Below are positions 47,004 to 56,477 of a stretch of DNA of 64,000 nucleotides, in pieces (positions within the stretch are counted from its first letter, which is position 1; each line of letters opens with the position of its first letter). The stretch is from NCBI GenBank assembly GCA_051874955.1, contig JBJEGJ010000055.1, positions 127,094 to 191,093 on the forward strand, given 5' to 3'. The notes beneath the pieces are model-generated. The model saw nothing but the letters and a program-made list of their open reading frames with translations, was not told where the DNA came from and did no database searches. The translations under genes and the position numbers were made by a program. Source of the stretch: Candidatus Gastranaerophilaceae bacterium. GTDB lineage: Bacteria > Cyanobacteriota > Vampirovibrionia > Gastranaerophilales > Gastranaerophilaceae.

Positions 47004-47690
47004 ATGGGATGTAAATCAGTTTTTATAACTGCAACGGGTACAGATGTAGGAAAGACTTACTTGTCTGCATTGTTGGTAAAAAAGATGCGTGACTTGGGGT
47101 ATAATTGCGGTTATTATAAACCGGCTTTGAGTGGAGCTATACGACAACAAGACGGAACACTTTTACCGGGTGATTGTGATTATGTTATTTCGACTTCCGG
47201 TTTGGGGGTTGAACCGTTATCTTGTGTCAGTTATTGTTTTGAGGAAGCGGTATCTCCTCACCTTGCGGCACATCGTCAGGGGGTGCAAATTGACAAGGAA
47301 ATCATAAAAAAAGATTATTCGGCTAAAGCTGAAATGTTCAATTATTTGGTTGTAGAGGGTGCGGGCGGAATTACTTGTCCATTTAATTTGGATAATGAGA
47401 AAATCTTGCTCCCTGATATTATTAAATCTTTGAATTTAGATATTTTGATTGTTGCAGATGCGGGATTAGGAACGATTAATTCCGTTATTTTGACTGTTGA
47501 ATATGCAAAATCAAATAATTTGGCGGTTAAGGGAATAGTGTTAAACAATTATGATGAAAACAATTTTATGCACGTTGATAATAAAATTCAAATTGAGCGT
47601 TTGACGGGTATAAAAGTTGTTGCAGAAGTTGGAAATGGTGATAAAGAATTGAATATTTCAACAACTGATTTGTTGGAAATATTTGGTTAG
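47004..47690 (+). CDS. bioD: Dethiobiotin synthetase
   Basis: FITATGTDVGKT P-loop and the VVEGAGG motif. Confidence 0.9.
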   Translation: MGCKSVFITATGTDVGKTYLSALLVKKMRDLGYNCGYYKPALSGAIRQQDGTLLPGDCDYVISTSGLGVEPLSCVSYCFEEAVSPHLAAHRQGVQIDKEIIKKDYSAKAEMFNYLVVEGAGGITCPFNLDNEKILLPDIIKSLNLDILIVADAGLGTINSVILTVEYAKSNNLAVKGIVLNNYDENNFMHVDNKIQIERLTGIKVVAEVGNGDKELNISTTDLLEIFG

Positions 47691-47713
47691 TTTCAGAGAA
47701 AGAAGGTATAATA

Positions 47714-49063
47714 ATGAATTGGCAGGAAGAAGATTTGAAATATATTTGGCATCCTTGTTCTCAGATGAAGGATTACGAAACTTTGCCGCCGATTGTGGTT
47801 GATTATGCGCAGGGCATAAATCTGTATGATATTGACGGAAATTGTTACAAAGATGTTGTATCTTCTTGGTGGTGTAATTTATTGGGGCATTGTAATCCGA
47901 GAATTAATGCGGCAATAAAAAAACAGTTGGATACGTTGGAACACGTTATTTTTGCTAATTTCACCCACAAAACTGCCATTACTCTTTGTCAAAAATTGAT
48001 AAAAGTTTTGCCAAAAGGTTTGTGTAAGTTTAATTTTGCAGATAACGGTTCGGCTGCGATTGAAATGTCTATGAAGATGAGTTTTCAATATCATCAGCAA
48101 ACCGGTAATACTCAAAAGAAAAGGTTTATGGCATTGACAGATGCTTATCATGGCGAAACGATAGGAGCTTTGTCTGTTGGTGCTTGTGATTTATATTCGC
48201 AGATTTATAAGCCGATTTTGATGGATGTTGTTCGGGTAGAGGGACCGGATTGTTTTAGATGTCCTTATGGCAAATGTCGTGATAATTGCGCTTGTGAGTG
48301 TTTTGAAAAAGCGGAAAAAACTTTTGCCCAATATGGTCAGGAAACGTGTGCGATGCTTGTTGAACCTTTGTTGCAAGGTTCTGCGGGTATGAAAATATAT
48401 CCGCCATTGTATTTAACGAAATTACGTGAGCTTTGTGACAAGTATAATGTGCATTTGATAGCGGATGAAATTGCTACAGGATACGGAAGGACGGGGAAAA
48501 TGTTTGCGTTTGACCATGCCGGAGTTTCACCCGATATTATGTGCCTTTCAAAAGGTTTGACAGGCGGTTATATGCCAATGTCTATTTGTGTTACAACTCA
48601 AGAAATTTATGACGCTTTTTATGATGATTATGGCAAAGGTAAGGCTTTTATGCACAGCCATACTTATGCGGGAAATCCGCTTGCTTGTTCTGCGGCAATA
48701 GAGGTTTTGAACATTTTGGAAGATGAACAAATTATTCCGAAAGCGGTAGAAAATGCCAAGTATTTTAATAAAATTATTAATGAAAAATTTGCAGATTTGC
48801 CTAATGTTGGGGAAATCCGCCATATCGGCTTGGTTAATGCTATTGAACTTGTTAAGGATAAAAATACGAAAGAGCCGTTTTCGTCGTCTTTGCGTTTAGG
48901 GTATCAAATTTATAAGCGCGCCTTAAAAAAAGGTGTACTGTTGCGCCCATTAGGAGATGTTATATATTTTAACCCGCCGTTGATTATTCAGCCTGACGAT
49001 ATGGATTTTGTAATGGATGTTGCAAAATCTTGTATGATTGAGGAATTAAATTCTATGTTGTAA
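47714..49063 (+). CDS. bioA: Adenosylmethionine-8-amino-7-oxononanoate aminotransferase
   Basis: HIWHPCSQM N-terminus, class III aminotransferase with DEIATGYGRTG and the PLP lysine context LSKGLTGGY. Confidence 0.93.
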   Translation: MNWQEEDLKYIWHPCSQMKDYETLPPIVVDYAQGINLYDIDGNCYKDVVSSWWCNLLGHCNPRINAAIKKQLDTLEHVIFANFTHKTAITLCQKLIKVLPKGLCKFNFADNGSAAIEMSMKMSFQYHQQTGNTQKKRFMALTDAYHGETIGALSVGACDLYSQIYKPILMDVVRVEGPDCFRCPYGKCRDNCACECFEKAEKTFAQYGQETCAMLVEPLLQGSAGMKIYPPLYLTKLRELCDKYNVHLIADEIATGYGRTGKMFAFDHAGVSPDIMCLSKGLTGGYMPMSICVTTQEIYDAFYDDYGKGKAFMHSHTYAGNPLACSAAIEVLNILEDEQIIPKAVENAKYFNKIINEKFADLPNVGEIRHIGLVNAIELVKDKNTKEPFSSSLRLGYQIYKRALKKGVLLRPLGDVIYFNPPLIIQPDDMDFVMDVAKSCMIEELNSML

Positions 49064-49109
49064 TTCTGAATAATCTGTGGAATGACTGGCGCGCTAATTT
49101 TTTTTGAAC

Positions 49110-49795
49110 ACTTCTGTCACACTAAACAAGCCGAGCAGAGGATGAAAGCGTAGGCGTATCCGTTTAATGCGAGGCGCGTTTCAGGGTCTCCAAACACATG
49201 TGTCATCCTGAACTTGTTTCAGGATCTTACCGTTGGTGTATTTTGCTATGTTTTTAAAGATCCTGAACAAAACAAAATCTACGCAGTCAAGTACGGTGGG
49301 CAGAAATGAAATAATGCCCACCTATTTATGCAAATAATTTAAATTTGTTGGCACTATTGGTGTATTTTGCTAGGTTTAAAGATCCTGAAATAAATTCAGG
49401 ATGACAAACGCGTTTTATATTTGAGTATTCCATACCATGTCACCCTGAACAAGCCGAGCAGAGTACAAAAAGTCAAACACATGTGTCACCCTGAACTTGT
49501 TTCAGGGTCTAGTCTATTGGTAAAATCTTGCTAAGTTTAAAGATCCTGAAATAAATTCAGGATGACAAACGCGTTATATATTTGTGTATTTCATACCATG
49601 ATACCCTGAATAAGTCGAGCAGAGTACAAAAAGTTAAACACATGTGTCACCCTGAACTAGTTTCAGGGTCTAGCCTATTGGTAAAATCTTGCTAAGTTTA
49701 AAGATCCTGAAATAAATTCAGGATGACATACGCGTTTTACCATAGTACACCCTTTTTTCATGTCATGCTGAACTTGTTTCAGCACCCCTAACAAG
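49110..49795. repeat. Mosaic array of hairpin-containing repeat modules (about 161-bp unit and variants)
   Basis: Unit starts (GATCCTGAAATAAATTCAGGATGAC) lie at 49381, 49542 and 49703. Hairpins GTCA(C/T)CCTGAACTTGTTTCAGG(G/A)TC lie near 49202, 49485 and 49646, with GTCATGCTGAAC..TTCAGCAC at 49762. Confidence 0.9.
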
Positions 49796-49846
49796 TAAGT
49801 CGTCCCGACCTCAAAGCTAAACATTTACAATAACTTATATAGCTAT

Positions 49847-50635
49847 TTATGGGGCATAATTTCCTGTACAATATTTTTTGTTGCCTTTTACGCAACGTAA
49901 ATAATTTAAATTTTTATGTTTAATTACGTATCCTGCACAGGTTGTTCCGCTCCACCAACCGGCACTTCCTTCGTATTCGGGGTTACATCCTTTTTGTTTC
50001 TGCCAGCCAACATCTCCGTATGGAACAATTCCTCTATCAAGGATAGCGAATACAAATAAGTCTTCTCCCCAACGTGGTCTGTTTGTTTTTCCTGTTACAT
50101 TGACCATTATTGTGTGTGGTGTTGCCATTTCTGTGCCGTTGATATAACAACCTCCGTCCCCATTACAATCTCTTGTTTCTGATAAATATGTAGAAAAGCC
50201 ACCGGTGTTGTCAATGTTAATGCGGGTAGTATTTCCGATAATAATATTATATGGAACACTAACATTAGTATTTTTACCTTGTAAATCAAGATGCATTATA
50301 GATTTTTCACATTTGACCTTATCCCCATCGCATACTAAATAGCTTTTTATGTATGGCAGAAACTTCTCCATTATCATTTCTCTTGAAGTATTCTTATCTG
50401 TTGGTAAATTCCAACAGCTTATAGGTCCGTTATCTTCAATAGACATTTTGTATCCTTGACTTAGTATTGAATAAACTTCCAGTAATTTATTAACTATAAC
50501 TTTCTCTTTGTAAGTGTTGAGTAATGTAGGTATTGTTAGTGCTGCAACGATTCCAATTATTCCAATGGTAATAAGAACTTCTGCAAGCGTAAATCCCGTA
50601 TGATTTATTTTGCACTTGTTAAATATATTTATCAT
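49847..50635 (-). CDS. Prepilin-type N-terminal cleavage/methylation domain protein (type IV pilin/pseudopilin-like)
   Basis: Class III signal HTG|FTLAEVLITIGIIGIVAALTIPTL. The C-terminal domain is Cys-rich, with the motif VNVTGKTNRPRWGEDLFVFAI. Confidence 0.8.
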   Translation of the reverse strand: MINIFNKCKINHTGFTLAEVLITIGIIGIVAALTIPTLLNTYKEKVIVNKLLEVYSILSQGYKMSIEDNGPISCWNLPTDKNTSREMIMEKFLPYIKSYLVCDGDKVKCEKSIMHLDLQGKNTNVSVPYNIIIGNTTRINIDNTGGFSTYLSETRDCNGDGGCYINGTEMATPHTIMVNVTGKTNRPRWGEDLFVFAILDRGIVPYGDVGWQKQKGCNPEYEGSAGWWSGTTCAGYVIKHKNLNYLRCVKGNKKYCTGNYAP

Positions 50636-50687
50636 ATATTAAGTTTATTTTATAGTTAAATCATTGTCAAGTTTATAAAATATTGAT

Positions 50688-50900
50688 ATGGATAAGAGAT
50701 TGAAAATATTAGGTTTGAATATAAAATTTGCCAGAATAAAAAAGGGGTTGTCTCAGGAACAGCTTGCTGAGAAGGTAGATTTATCCAGAACGGCAATAAG
50801 TTTTATAGAAACAGCTCGACAAAATCCAACTATTCTTAAAGTAATTGATATTGCTAAAGTTTTAAATGTTGATATAAATGATTTAGTAAGGGATGTTTAG
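50688..50900 (+). CDS. XRE-family helix-turn-helix transcriptional regulator (70 aa)
   Basis: The HTH_3 signature is LSQEQLAEKVDLSRTAISFIETARQNP. Confidence 0.85.
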   Translation: MDKRLKILGLNIKFARIKKGLSQEQLAEKVDLSRTAISFIETARQNPTILKVIDIAKVLNVDINDLVRDV

Positions 50901-51029
50901 TTTTTAGAGTCTGATTTACAAAGCTGACATTTAACATTTTTGTAAGGATAATAACAGCAAGCTGTGTAAGTTCGCTTTACAAAGTTGAGAAAATTTTATA
51001 CCTAGTAAATTAGGAAAACCCTGATCAGA

Positions 51030-51725
51030 CCTCACCCTAACCCTCTCCTATCTTAGGAGAGGGAAGAATAATAGTTAAGTAGTGTAGACTTTAGTCTACC
51101 GATACTAAACCAAAAGATCCTGAAACGAGTTCAGGATGACAAACGCGTTATATATTTGAGTATTTTATACCATGATACCCTGAATAAGTCGAGCAGAGGA
51201 TGAAAGCGTTAGCGTATCCGTTTAATGCGAGGCGCGTTTCAACATCTCCAAACACATGTGTCACCCTGAACTTGTTTCAGGGTCTAGCCTATTGGTAAAA
51301 TCTTGCTAGGTTTAAAGATCCTGAAATAAATTCAGGATGACAAACGCGTTATATATTTGTGTATTTCATACCATGATACCCTGAATAAGTCGAGCAGAGT
51401 ACAAAAAGTTAAACACATGTGTCACCCTGAACTTGTTTCAGGGTCTAGCCGTTGATGTTTTTTGCCATGTTTTTCAAGATCCTGAACAAAACAAAATCTA
51501 CGCAGTCAAGTACGGTGGGCAGAAATGAAATAATGCCCACCTATTTATGCAAATAATTTAAATTTGTTGGCACTATTGGTGTATTTTGCTAGGTTTAAAG
51601 ATCCTGAAATAAATTCAGGATGACAAACGCGTTTTATATTTGTTATAGCCGAGCAAAGCAGGGTAGGCTTTAGTCTACCGCAACAAAACCAAAAGCTTCG
51701 GAAACAAGTTCAGGATGACATGTGG
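51030..51725. repeat. Second mosaic array of the same repeat modules plus other small hairpin repeats
   Basis: Module starts lie at 51116, 51317, 51478 and 51600. Also present are CCTCTCC..GGAGAGG (51044-51063) and GGTAGACTTTAGTCTACC-type hairpins (51084-51101, 51663-51680). Confidence 0.9.
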
Positions 51726-51797
51726 GCAAAACTACTTTGTCTTCTCTCATATCTCAAAAAAAATGTAACGAAATGTTACAATATATGCTTGTTTTTC

Positions 51798-51824
51798 TAA
51801 AGTTTTACCGAAAAATGCCGTAAT
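51798..51824 (+). promoter_or_regulatory. Sigma-28 (FliA)-type promoter
   Basis: TAAAGTTT (51798-51805), an 11-nt spacer, then GCCGTAAT (51817-51824), 48 nt upstream of ATG 51872. Confidence 0.65.
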
Positions 51825-51871
51825 CATGACTAAGCAAAGAATGACTATATGTCGAAAGGATTACGAAAAAA

Positions 51872-53920
51872 ATGGGATTGGCAGCTTCACAAGCTAGATT
51901 TTTATGTATAACGGCAAGAAAAGCTGATTGTGAATACAAATCAACTGAACTGGCTCAGCAAAAGCTTGAGATTACAAATCAGTTGTCAACAATTTCTAAT
52001 GAATACGCCAATGCCATGAATGCAACAAAATTGGTTTGGTCAAATGATGCTGTTGATAGGGATTATGGCTTGACATACAGTCTTATGATGACACCTTCTG
52101 CAATAAATGATTACAATCCTTATATGTTGACATCATCATCAGGCGCAATTATTTTAAATAGTGAATATGCAAACGCTGCGCGTGCTGCCGGTATCTCAAA
52201 AGCAGGCGGTGCAGGTTCGCAAGCTTCACGTGATAAGTTTATTCAAGCATTAGTTCCGGGCGGTATCGTTACGCAAGAAACTGCGGATAATATTACCTCT
52301 AATGATTATCGTGTATCTATTAAAAACAACGAGATAAATATTGTAGAGGGAACTGAAGCTAATGGCGCTATTATGTGGAATCCTGCAGCAGGTATGGGGG
52401 CAGATCCGCTTAATAAATCCATTGTTGATGCAATGAATTTAGTAGACTTGGCTACCAGCGAAAATATCGGTCAACAATTAGTTGACTGGGGACAATTATT
52501 TGTCGGTGAAGGTCAGATTACAACCATTGAGTACGATAGAAATCTTGAGAATTTACAAGATTTGTATAAAGATTCAATTAATAAAAAAATATCAAATGAA
52601 ATAATTTCACAATTGCAAAATGATAAAGCAAGTTTTGAATCAACGCTGGCAAATCCTGAAAAACCTACTACTGAGGAGCAGAAAAAGCTCGATGAGTTTG
52701 ATAAATTGATTTCTAATGCAAAAACTATTTTAGCAGGCAAGGTTTCTGATGACGGATACTTGCTTGATTCTTCAGGAAATAAGACCTCAACTACCTTAGA
52801 TGCTGCCTACACAGCTATATCTGATCAGTTAAAAAATGACTATGAATCCTATAAAACGAAATATACGGATGAGAATGGTAAGCCAAATAATAAGCAAGTC
52901 GGTCTTACAGATAAATTTAATACTAAAGATAATTCTTTAAAAACAGCTACATATTCAATGGTGCAAAATGGCAGTATTAACCATTATTCGTCTGAAATTG
53001 AAGAATTAACAATTGGTGATATTTTAACATCAAATATTGTTTTAATGGCGAACAGTAATATTAGTATGACTGATTTCCAAGAAGATGTTAAAAAATTATT
53101 TGATTCTATTGTAGAGGTTTTAGGGTATTCAACAACCAAAAATTTAAGCGGTACAGGTTTGAATATTGATGATGCCTCAAGACAGGCTTTAGAGTTTGCT
53201 TATAAGATGACATTGCCGTTGTTGAAAAATGATAAATGTCAAACAGGTTCAAGAAAATCCGACAAATCCATGACAGAAAACAGCGCATATATGAATGCTG
53301 AAAAATATAACGGTATTGTTTCTGATGAAGATGAGGGCAAGGGTTATAAAGGTGTCAGCTTGACCAACTTGCTTGCTACATTTTTAACTTATTATGATAA
53401 CGGTTTGAATGGTATAAATTCTAATTACGTTATTGGTGCAACAATTGATACGTCAGATTATGTAACAGACGACTACGGTTATTATTATATGGCACAAAAT
53501 GATTCTGATGCGGTTGTTTCAATGGCAGCAAGAAGTGCCGATTTCTTTGACCAGTTATACAACAATATCTGTGAACACGGTTGGAGAGAAGATGCACAGG
53601 TTGATGATTATGAATATCTTGAAAGCGCGATAAAAGACGGTCGTTACTCAATGAGTTCATTAAATCAAGACGGATATTTTTATCAAACAAGATACAATGA
53701 AACAGGCTATATTATAGAAGAATCAGATACCGATGCAATTGCCCGAGCTGAAGCAGAATTTACTTCTAAAAAGGCAGAGCTGACTTATAAAGAAGATTCA
53801 ATTGATATTAAAACAAAACAACTTGATGCTGAAATATCTTCATTATCAACGGAATATGATACAGTAAAACAGTTGATTTCAAACAGTATTTCAAAAACCT
53901 TCGCATTATTCCAAAACTAA
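51872..53920 (+). CDS. Conserved-termini / variable-core protein (682 aa), MGLAASQAR family; putative filament subunit
   Basis: The first 9 aa are identical to the 36571 product and the C-terminal 32 aa are about 45% identical. The ~570-aa core is N/S/T/D/Y-rich. There is no signal peptide or TM segment. Confidence 0.75.
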   Translation: MGLAASQARFLCITARKADCEYKSTELAQQKLEITNQLSTISNEYANAMNATKLVWSNDAVDRDYGLTYSLMMTPSAINDYNPYMLTSSSGAIILNSEYANAARAAGISKAGGAGSQASRDKFIQALVPGGIVTQETADNITSNDYRVSIKNNEINIVEGTEANGAIMWNPAAGMGADPLNKSIVDAMNLVDLATSENIGQQLVDWGQLFVGEGQITTIEYDRNLENLQDLYKDSINKKISNEIISQLQNDKASFESTLANPEKPTTEEQKKLDEFDKLISNAKTILAGKVSDDGYLLDSSGNKTSTTLDAAYTAISDQLKNDYESYKTKYTDENGKPNNKQVGLTDKFNTKDNSLKTATYSMVQNGSINHYSSEIEELTIGDILTSNIVLMANSNISMTDFQEDVKKLFDSIVEVLGYSTTKNLSGTGLNIDDASRQALEFAYKMTLPLLKNDKCQTGSRKSDKSMTENSAYMNAEKYNGIVSDEDEGKGYKGVSLTNLLATFLTYYDNGLNGINSNYVIGATIDTSDYVTDDYGYYYMAQNDSDAVVSMAARSADFFDQLYNNICEHGWREDAQVDDYEYLESAIKDGRYSMSSLNQDGYFYQTRYNETGYIIEESDTDAIARAEAEFTSKKAELTYKEDSIDIKTKQLDAEISSLSTEYDTVKQLISNSISKTFALFQN

Positions 53921-53924
53921 TTGA

Positions 53925-54446
53925 TTAGTTATTTTGCAGGTATTTGTCGGTAATATTCAATATTGCGGTTTTTAAGGTGTCATAATCTGAATTGTTTTCG
54001 ACTATGTAATCCCAGTCTGTAATGTTATCAAGTCCGGTTTCTGTTATGTCGTCTTCTCCGACAAGTTGTCCTCGTTGCATACGGGTTTGTCTTGTTGCTT
54101 CAATTCTTATTGTTGTTGCGTTGGCTTTTTTAAAGATTTCATATTCATGCGGAACTCGGACATCTGTTATTATGATATTTCCCTCTTGTTCAAGAATTTT
54201 ATTTAACCAGTAATCCGCATCCTGAGCTCGTCCCCAATTGCCAAGTTCAATCAAACCTGCACGATATTTTGCCTTGTTTTGTTCAATTACCTCGTAGGTT
54301 AAATTGTGTTGTTTTCCGTATGTTAATTTTATAATATCGCCAATCGCGCAACGCCTGAAATTTGTTAGTTTTTCAAGCATAATCTTTGCTGCTGTATCCT
54401 TGCCGGAATACTGTTTTCCCGAGAATATAATAATTTTATCAACCAT
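53925..54446 (-). CDS. P-loop kinase, dNMP-kinase / animal-type phosphomevalonate-kinase-like fold
   Basis: The Walker A IIFSGKQYSGKDT resembles the FSGKRKSGKD-type P-loop. 173 aa. Confidence 0.5.
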   Translation of the reverse strand: MVDKIIIFSGKQYSGKDTAAKIMLEKLTNFRRCAIGDIIKLTYGKQHNLTYEVIEQNKAKYRAGLIELGNWGRAQDADYWLNKILEQEGNIIITDVRVPHEYEIFKKANATTIRIEATRQTRMQRGQLVGEDDITETGLDNITDWDYIVENNSDYDTLKTAILNITDKYLQNN

Positions 54447-54471
54447 TTATGTCCCTTTTATTTTTTGCAGG

Positions 54472-55080
54472 TTAATCATATTTTTGTCGGAACATGGATT
54501 TGAGCATATCTTTTAAATTCTTTTTCATATCATCAACTGTTTCCGGCGCATTTTCATCATCTTCTTGCTGTTCGGAATAGTCGTGATTGATTTCTTCATC
54601 AATGGAAATGAGTTCTTCACCTTCCGGTAGCTCTACGTTTTCTAACATTTCACCTTCTAAAGGAAGAACCATATCTAAAAGGTTGCGTTTTGGTTTTTTA
54701 CGAGGTGCGTCCATTTTAGCTTCATCAGCTTCACCTTCCATTGCGATTGCTTTGTTTTCGTCTTCTGCTCTTATCAAATCACTCATTGCAATATAAATTT
54801 CTTTTAAGTCCGCAATAACAGTACTTGAATTAAGCCATTTTCTTACATATTTTTCATCAGGACCTAATGAACCGTCTACTTTTGTTCCGTCAACAAAGTT
54901 ATATGCAACTTCGGAAATACCGATTGTAATTATGACATTGGGGTAATGTCTTTTTGTTTCCATTCGCAATTTCAAGTTGTTGTATTTAGTAATGTTCATA
55001 TTTGTTGAGTTATGAGCATCTTGTTGACATTTAATGATGTAATCTTGTAGTTTAATAGCTAATTCATGTAATGTTTTCAT
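54472..55080 (-). CDS. Hypothetical protein: ~115-aa globular N-domain plus an acidic disordered tail
   Basis: 202-aa ORF. I recognise no motif. The tail is rich in E/D. Confidence 0.55.
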   Translation of the reverse strand: MKTLHELAIKLQDYIIKCQQDAHNSTNMNITKYNNLKLRMETKRHYPNVIITIGISEVAYNFVDGTKVDGSLGPDEKYVRKWLNSSTVIADLKEIYIAMSDLIRAEDENKAIAMEGEADEAKMDAPRKKPKRNLLDMVLPLEGEMLENVELPEGEELISIDEEINHDYSEQQEDDENAPETVDDMKKNLKDMLKSMFRQKYD

Positions 55081-55115
55081 AGATGTATTTCCTTGTTGTT
55101 AATTTGTTTATACCA

Positions 55116-56477
55116 TTAATTATTCAAACTGTGAATAGGTGCGGGTACTCTGCCGCCTCGTTGTACAAAGTTTGAAGATGAAAGTTTGTTTACCGGCATG
55201 ATAGGAGCTTCTCCTAATAACCCTCCGTACGAGATTTTATCTCCGACAGTTTTTCCGTATGCCGGTATTATTCTTACTGCCGTTGTTTTTTTGTTAATCA
55301 TTCCTATTGCCATTTCATCCGCAATAATTCCCGCAATTGTATCTGTCGGAGTATCACCAGGAATTGCAATCATATCCAAGCCGACAGAACAAACTGAGGT
55401 CATAGCTTCAAGTTTATCAAACGTCAGGCAGCCTTTTGTTGCGGCATCAATCATTCCGGCATCTTCAGAAACAGGAATAAAAGCTCCTGACAGCCCGCCA
55501 ACGTGTGAACTTGCCATTATTCCGCCTTTTTTGACCGCATCATTTAGCATTGCAAGAGCTGCGGTTGTTCCGTGTGCGCCGGCATGTTCAAGACCCATTG
55601 CCTGAAATATTCCCGCAACACTATCCCCTTCAGCAGGAGTCGGAGCAAGAGATAAGTCTATAACGCCGAATGGAATATCAAGTTTTTTGGCGAGTTTTCT
55701 TCCTACGAGTTCTCCGGTTGAAGTTATTTTATAAGCAATTTCTTTAATTTTGTTTGCAAGTTCACTCATATCGGCATTTTTATCCATAGCTTCAACTGCC
55801 GCTCTCACGGCACCCGGACCCGAAACACCGACATTTAAAGCACATTCCGGCTCTCCAATGCCGCAAAATGCACCTGCCATAAACGGATTATCTCCCGGAA
55901 CATTGCAAAATACAACAAGTTTCGCAGCCCCAATCCCGTCTTTGTCTGCTGTTAATTCGGCTGCTTTTTTAATGATTTCGGACATTTTTAAAACGGCGTC
56001 CATATTGATTCCTGCCTTTGAAGATGCAAGATTAATTGATGAACATACTCGTTCTGTTGTCGCAAGAGCCTCAGGAATACTCTCTATTAAAAGTTTATCT
56101 CCTTTTGTGCAACCCTTTTCGACAAGTGCGGAAAATCCTCCGACAAAATTTACACCAACTTCTTTTGCTGCTTTGTCTAATGTTTGTGCAATTTTTACAT
56201 AATCGGGATTTTTGCATGCTTCGCCAATCAATGAAATAGGGGTGACTGCAATTCTTTTATTTATTATTGGAATTGAGTATTCGTCTGCTAATTCGTCTGC
56301 GTATTCTACCAAATTTTTGGCATATTTTTTAATTTTGTTATAAATTTTTTCGCAAACAGTATCTACATCTTCAGCAATACAATCTCTAAGGCTCAATGCC
56401 AATGTAACTGTTCTTATATCAAGATTGTACAGTTTAATCATGTTTATTGTTTCAATTATATTATTTTCATCTATCAT
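55116..56477 (-). CDS. UPF0210 (DUF711) family protein
   Basis: About 450 aa. N-terminus [19 protein letters not shown]... and a Gly/Ala-rich conserved body typical of UPF0210. ATG 56477 overlaps the upstream stop (ATGA). Confidence 0.8.
   Translation of the reverse strand: MIDENNIIETINMIKLYNLDIRTVTLALSLRDCIAEDVDTVCEKIYNKIKKYAKNLVEYADELADEYSIPIINKRIAVTPISLIGEACKNPDYVKIAQTLDKAAKEVGVNFVGGFSALVEKGCTKGDKLLIESIPEALATTERVCSSINLASSKAGINMDAVLKMSEIIKKAAELTADKDGIGAAKLVVFCNVPGDNPFMAGAFCGIGEPECALNVGVSGPGAVRAAVEAMDKNADMSELANKIKEIAYKITSTGELVGRKLAKKLDIPFGVIDLSLAPTPAEGDSVAGIFQAMGLEHAGAHGTTAALAMLNDAVKKGGIMASSHVGGLSGAFIPVSEDAGMIDAATKGCLTFDKLEAMTSVCSVGLDMIAIPGDTPTDTIAGIIADEMAIGMINKKTTAVRIIPAYGKTVGDKISYGGLLGEAPIMPVNKLSSSNFVQRGGRVPAPIHSLNN

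Noticed and set aside
49110-51725. Possible CRISPR array, because of the regularly spaced palindromic repeats
   Set aside because: The period is about 161 bp and the whole unit, not just a 25-40-bp repeat, is conserved between copies. There are therefore no unique spacers. No cas genes are in the window. The repeats are composite hairpin modules (REP/MITE-like).
49064-51871. Prophage, IS element or integrative island
   Set aside because: There is no integrase, transposase, recombinase or tRNA attachment site, and no terminal inverted repeats of IS type. Only the repeat arrays, a prepilin-like gene and an XRE gene are present. I treat it as a recombination-prone repeat locus rather than a defined mobile element.
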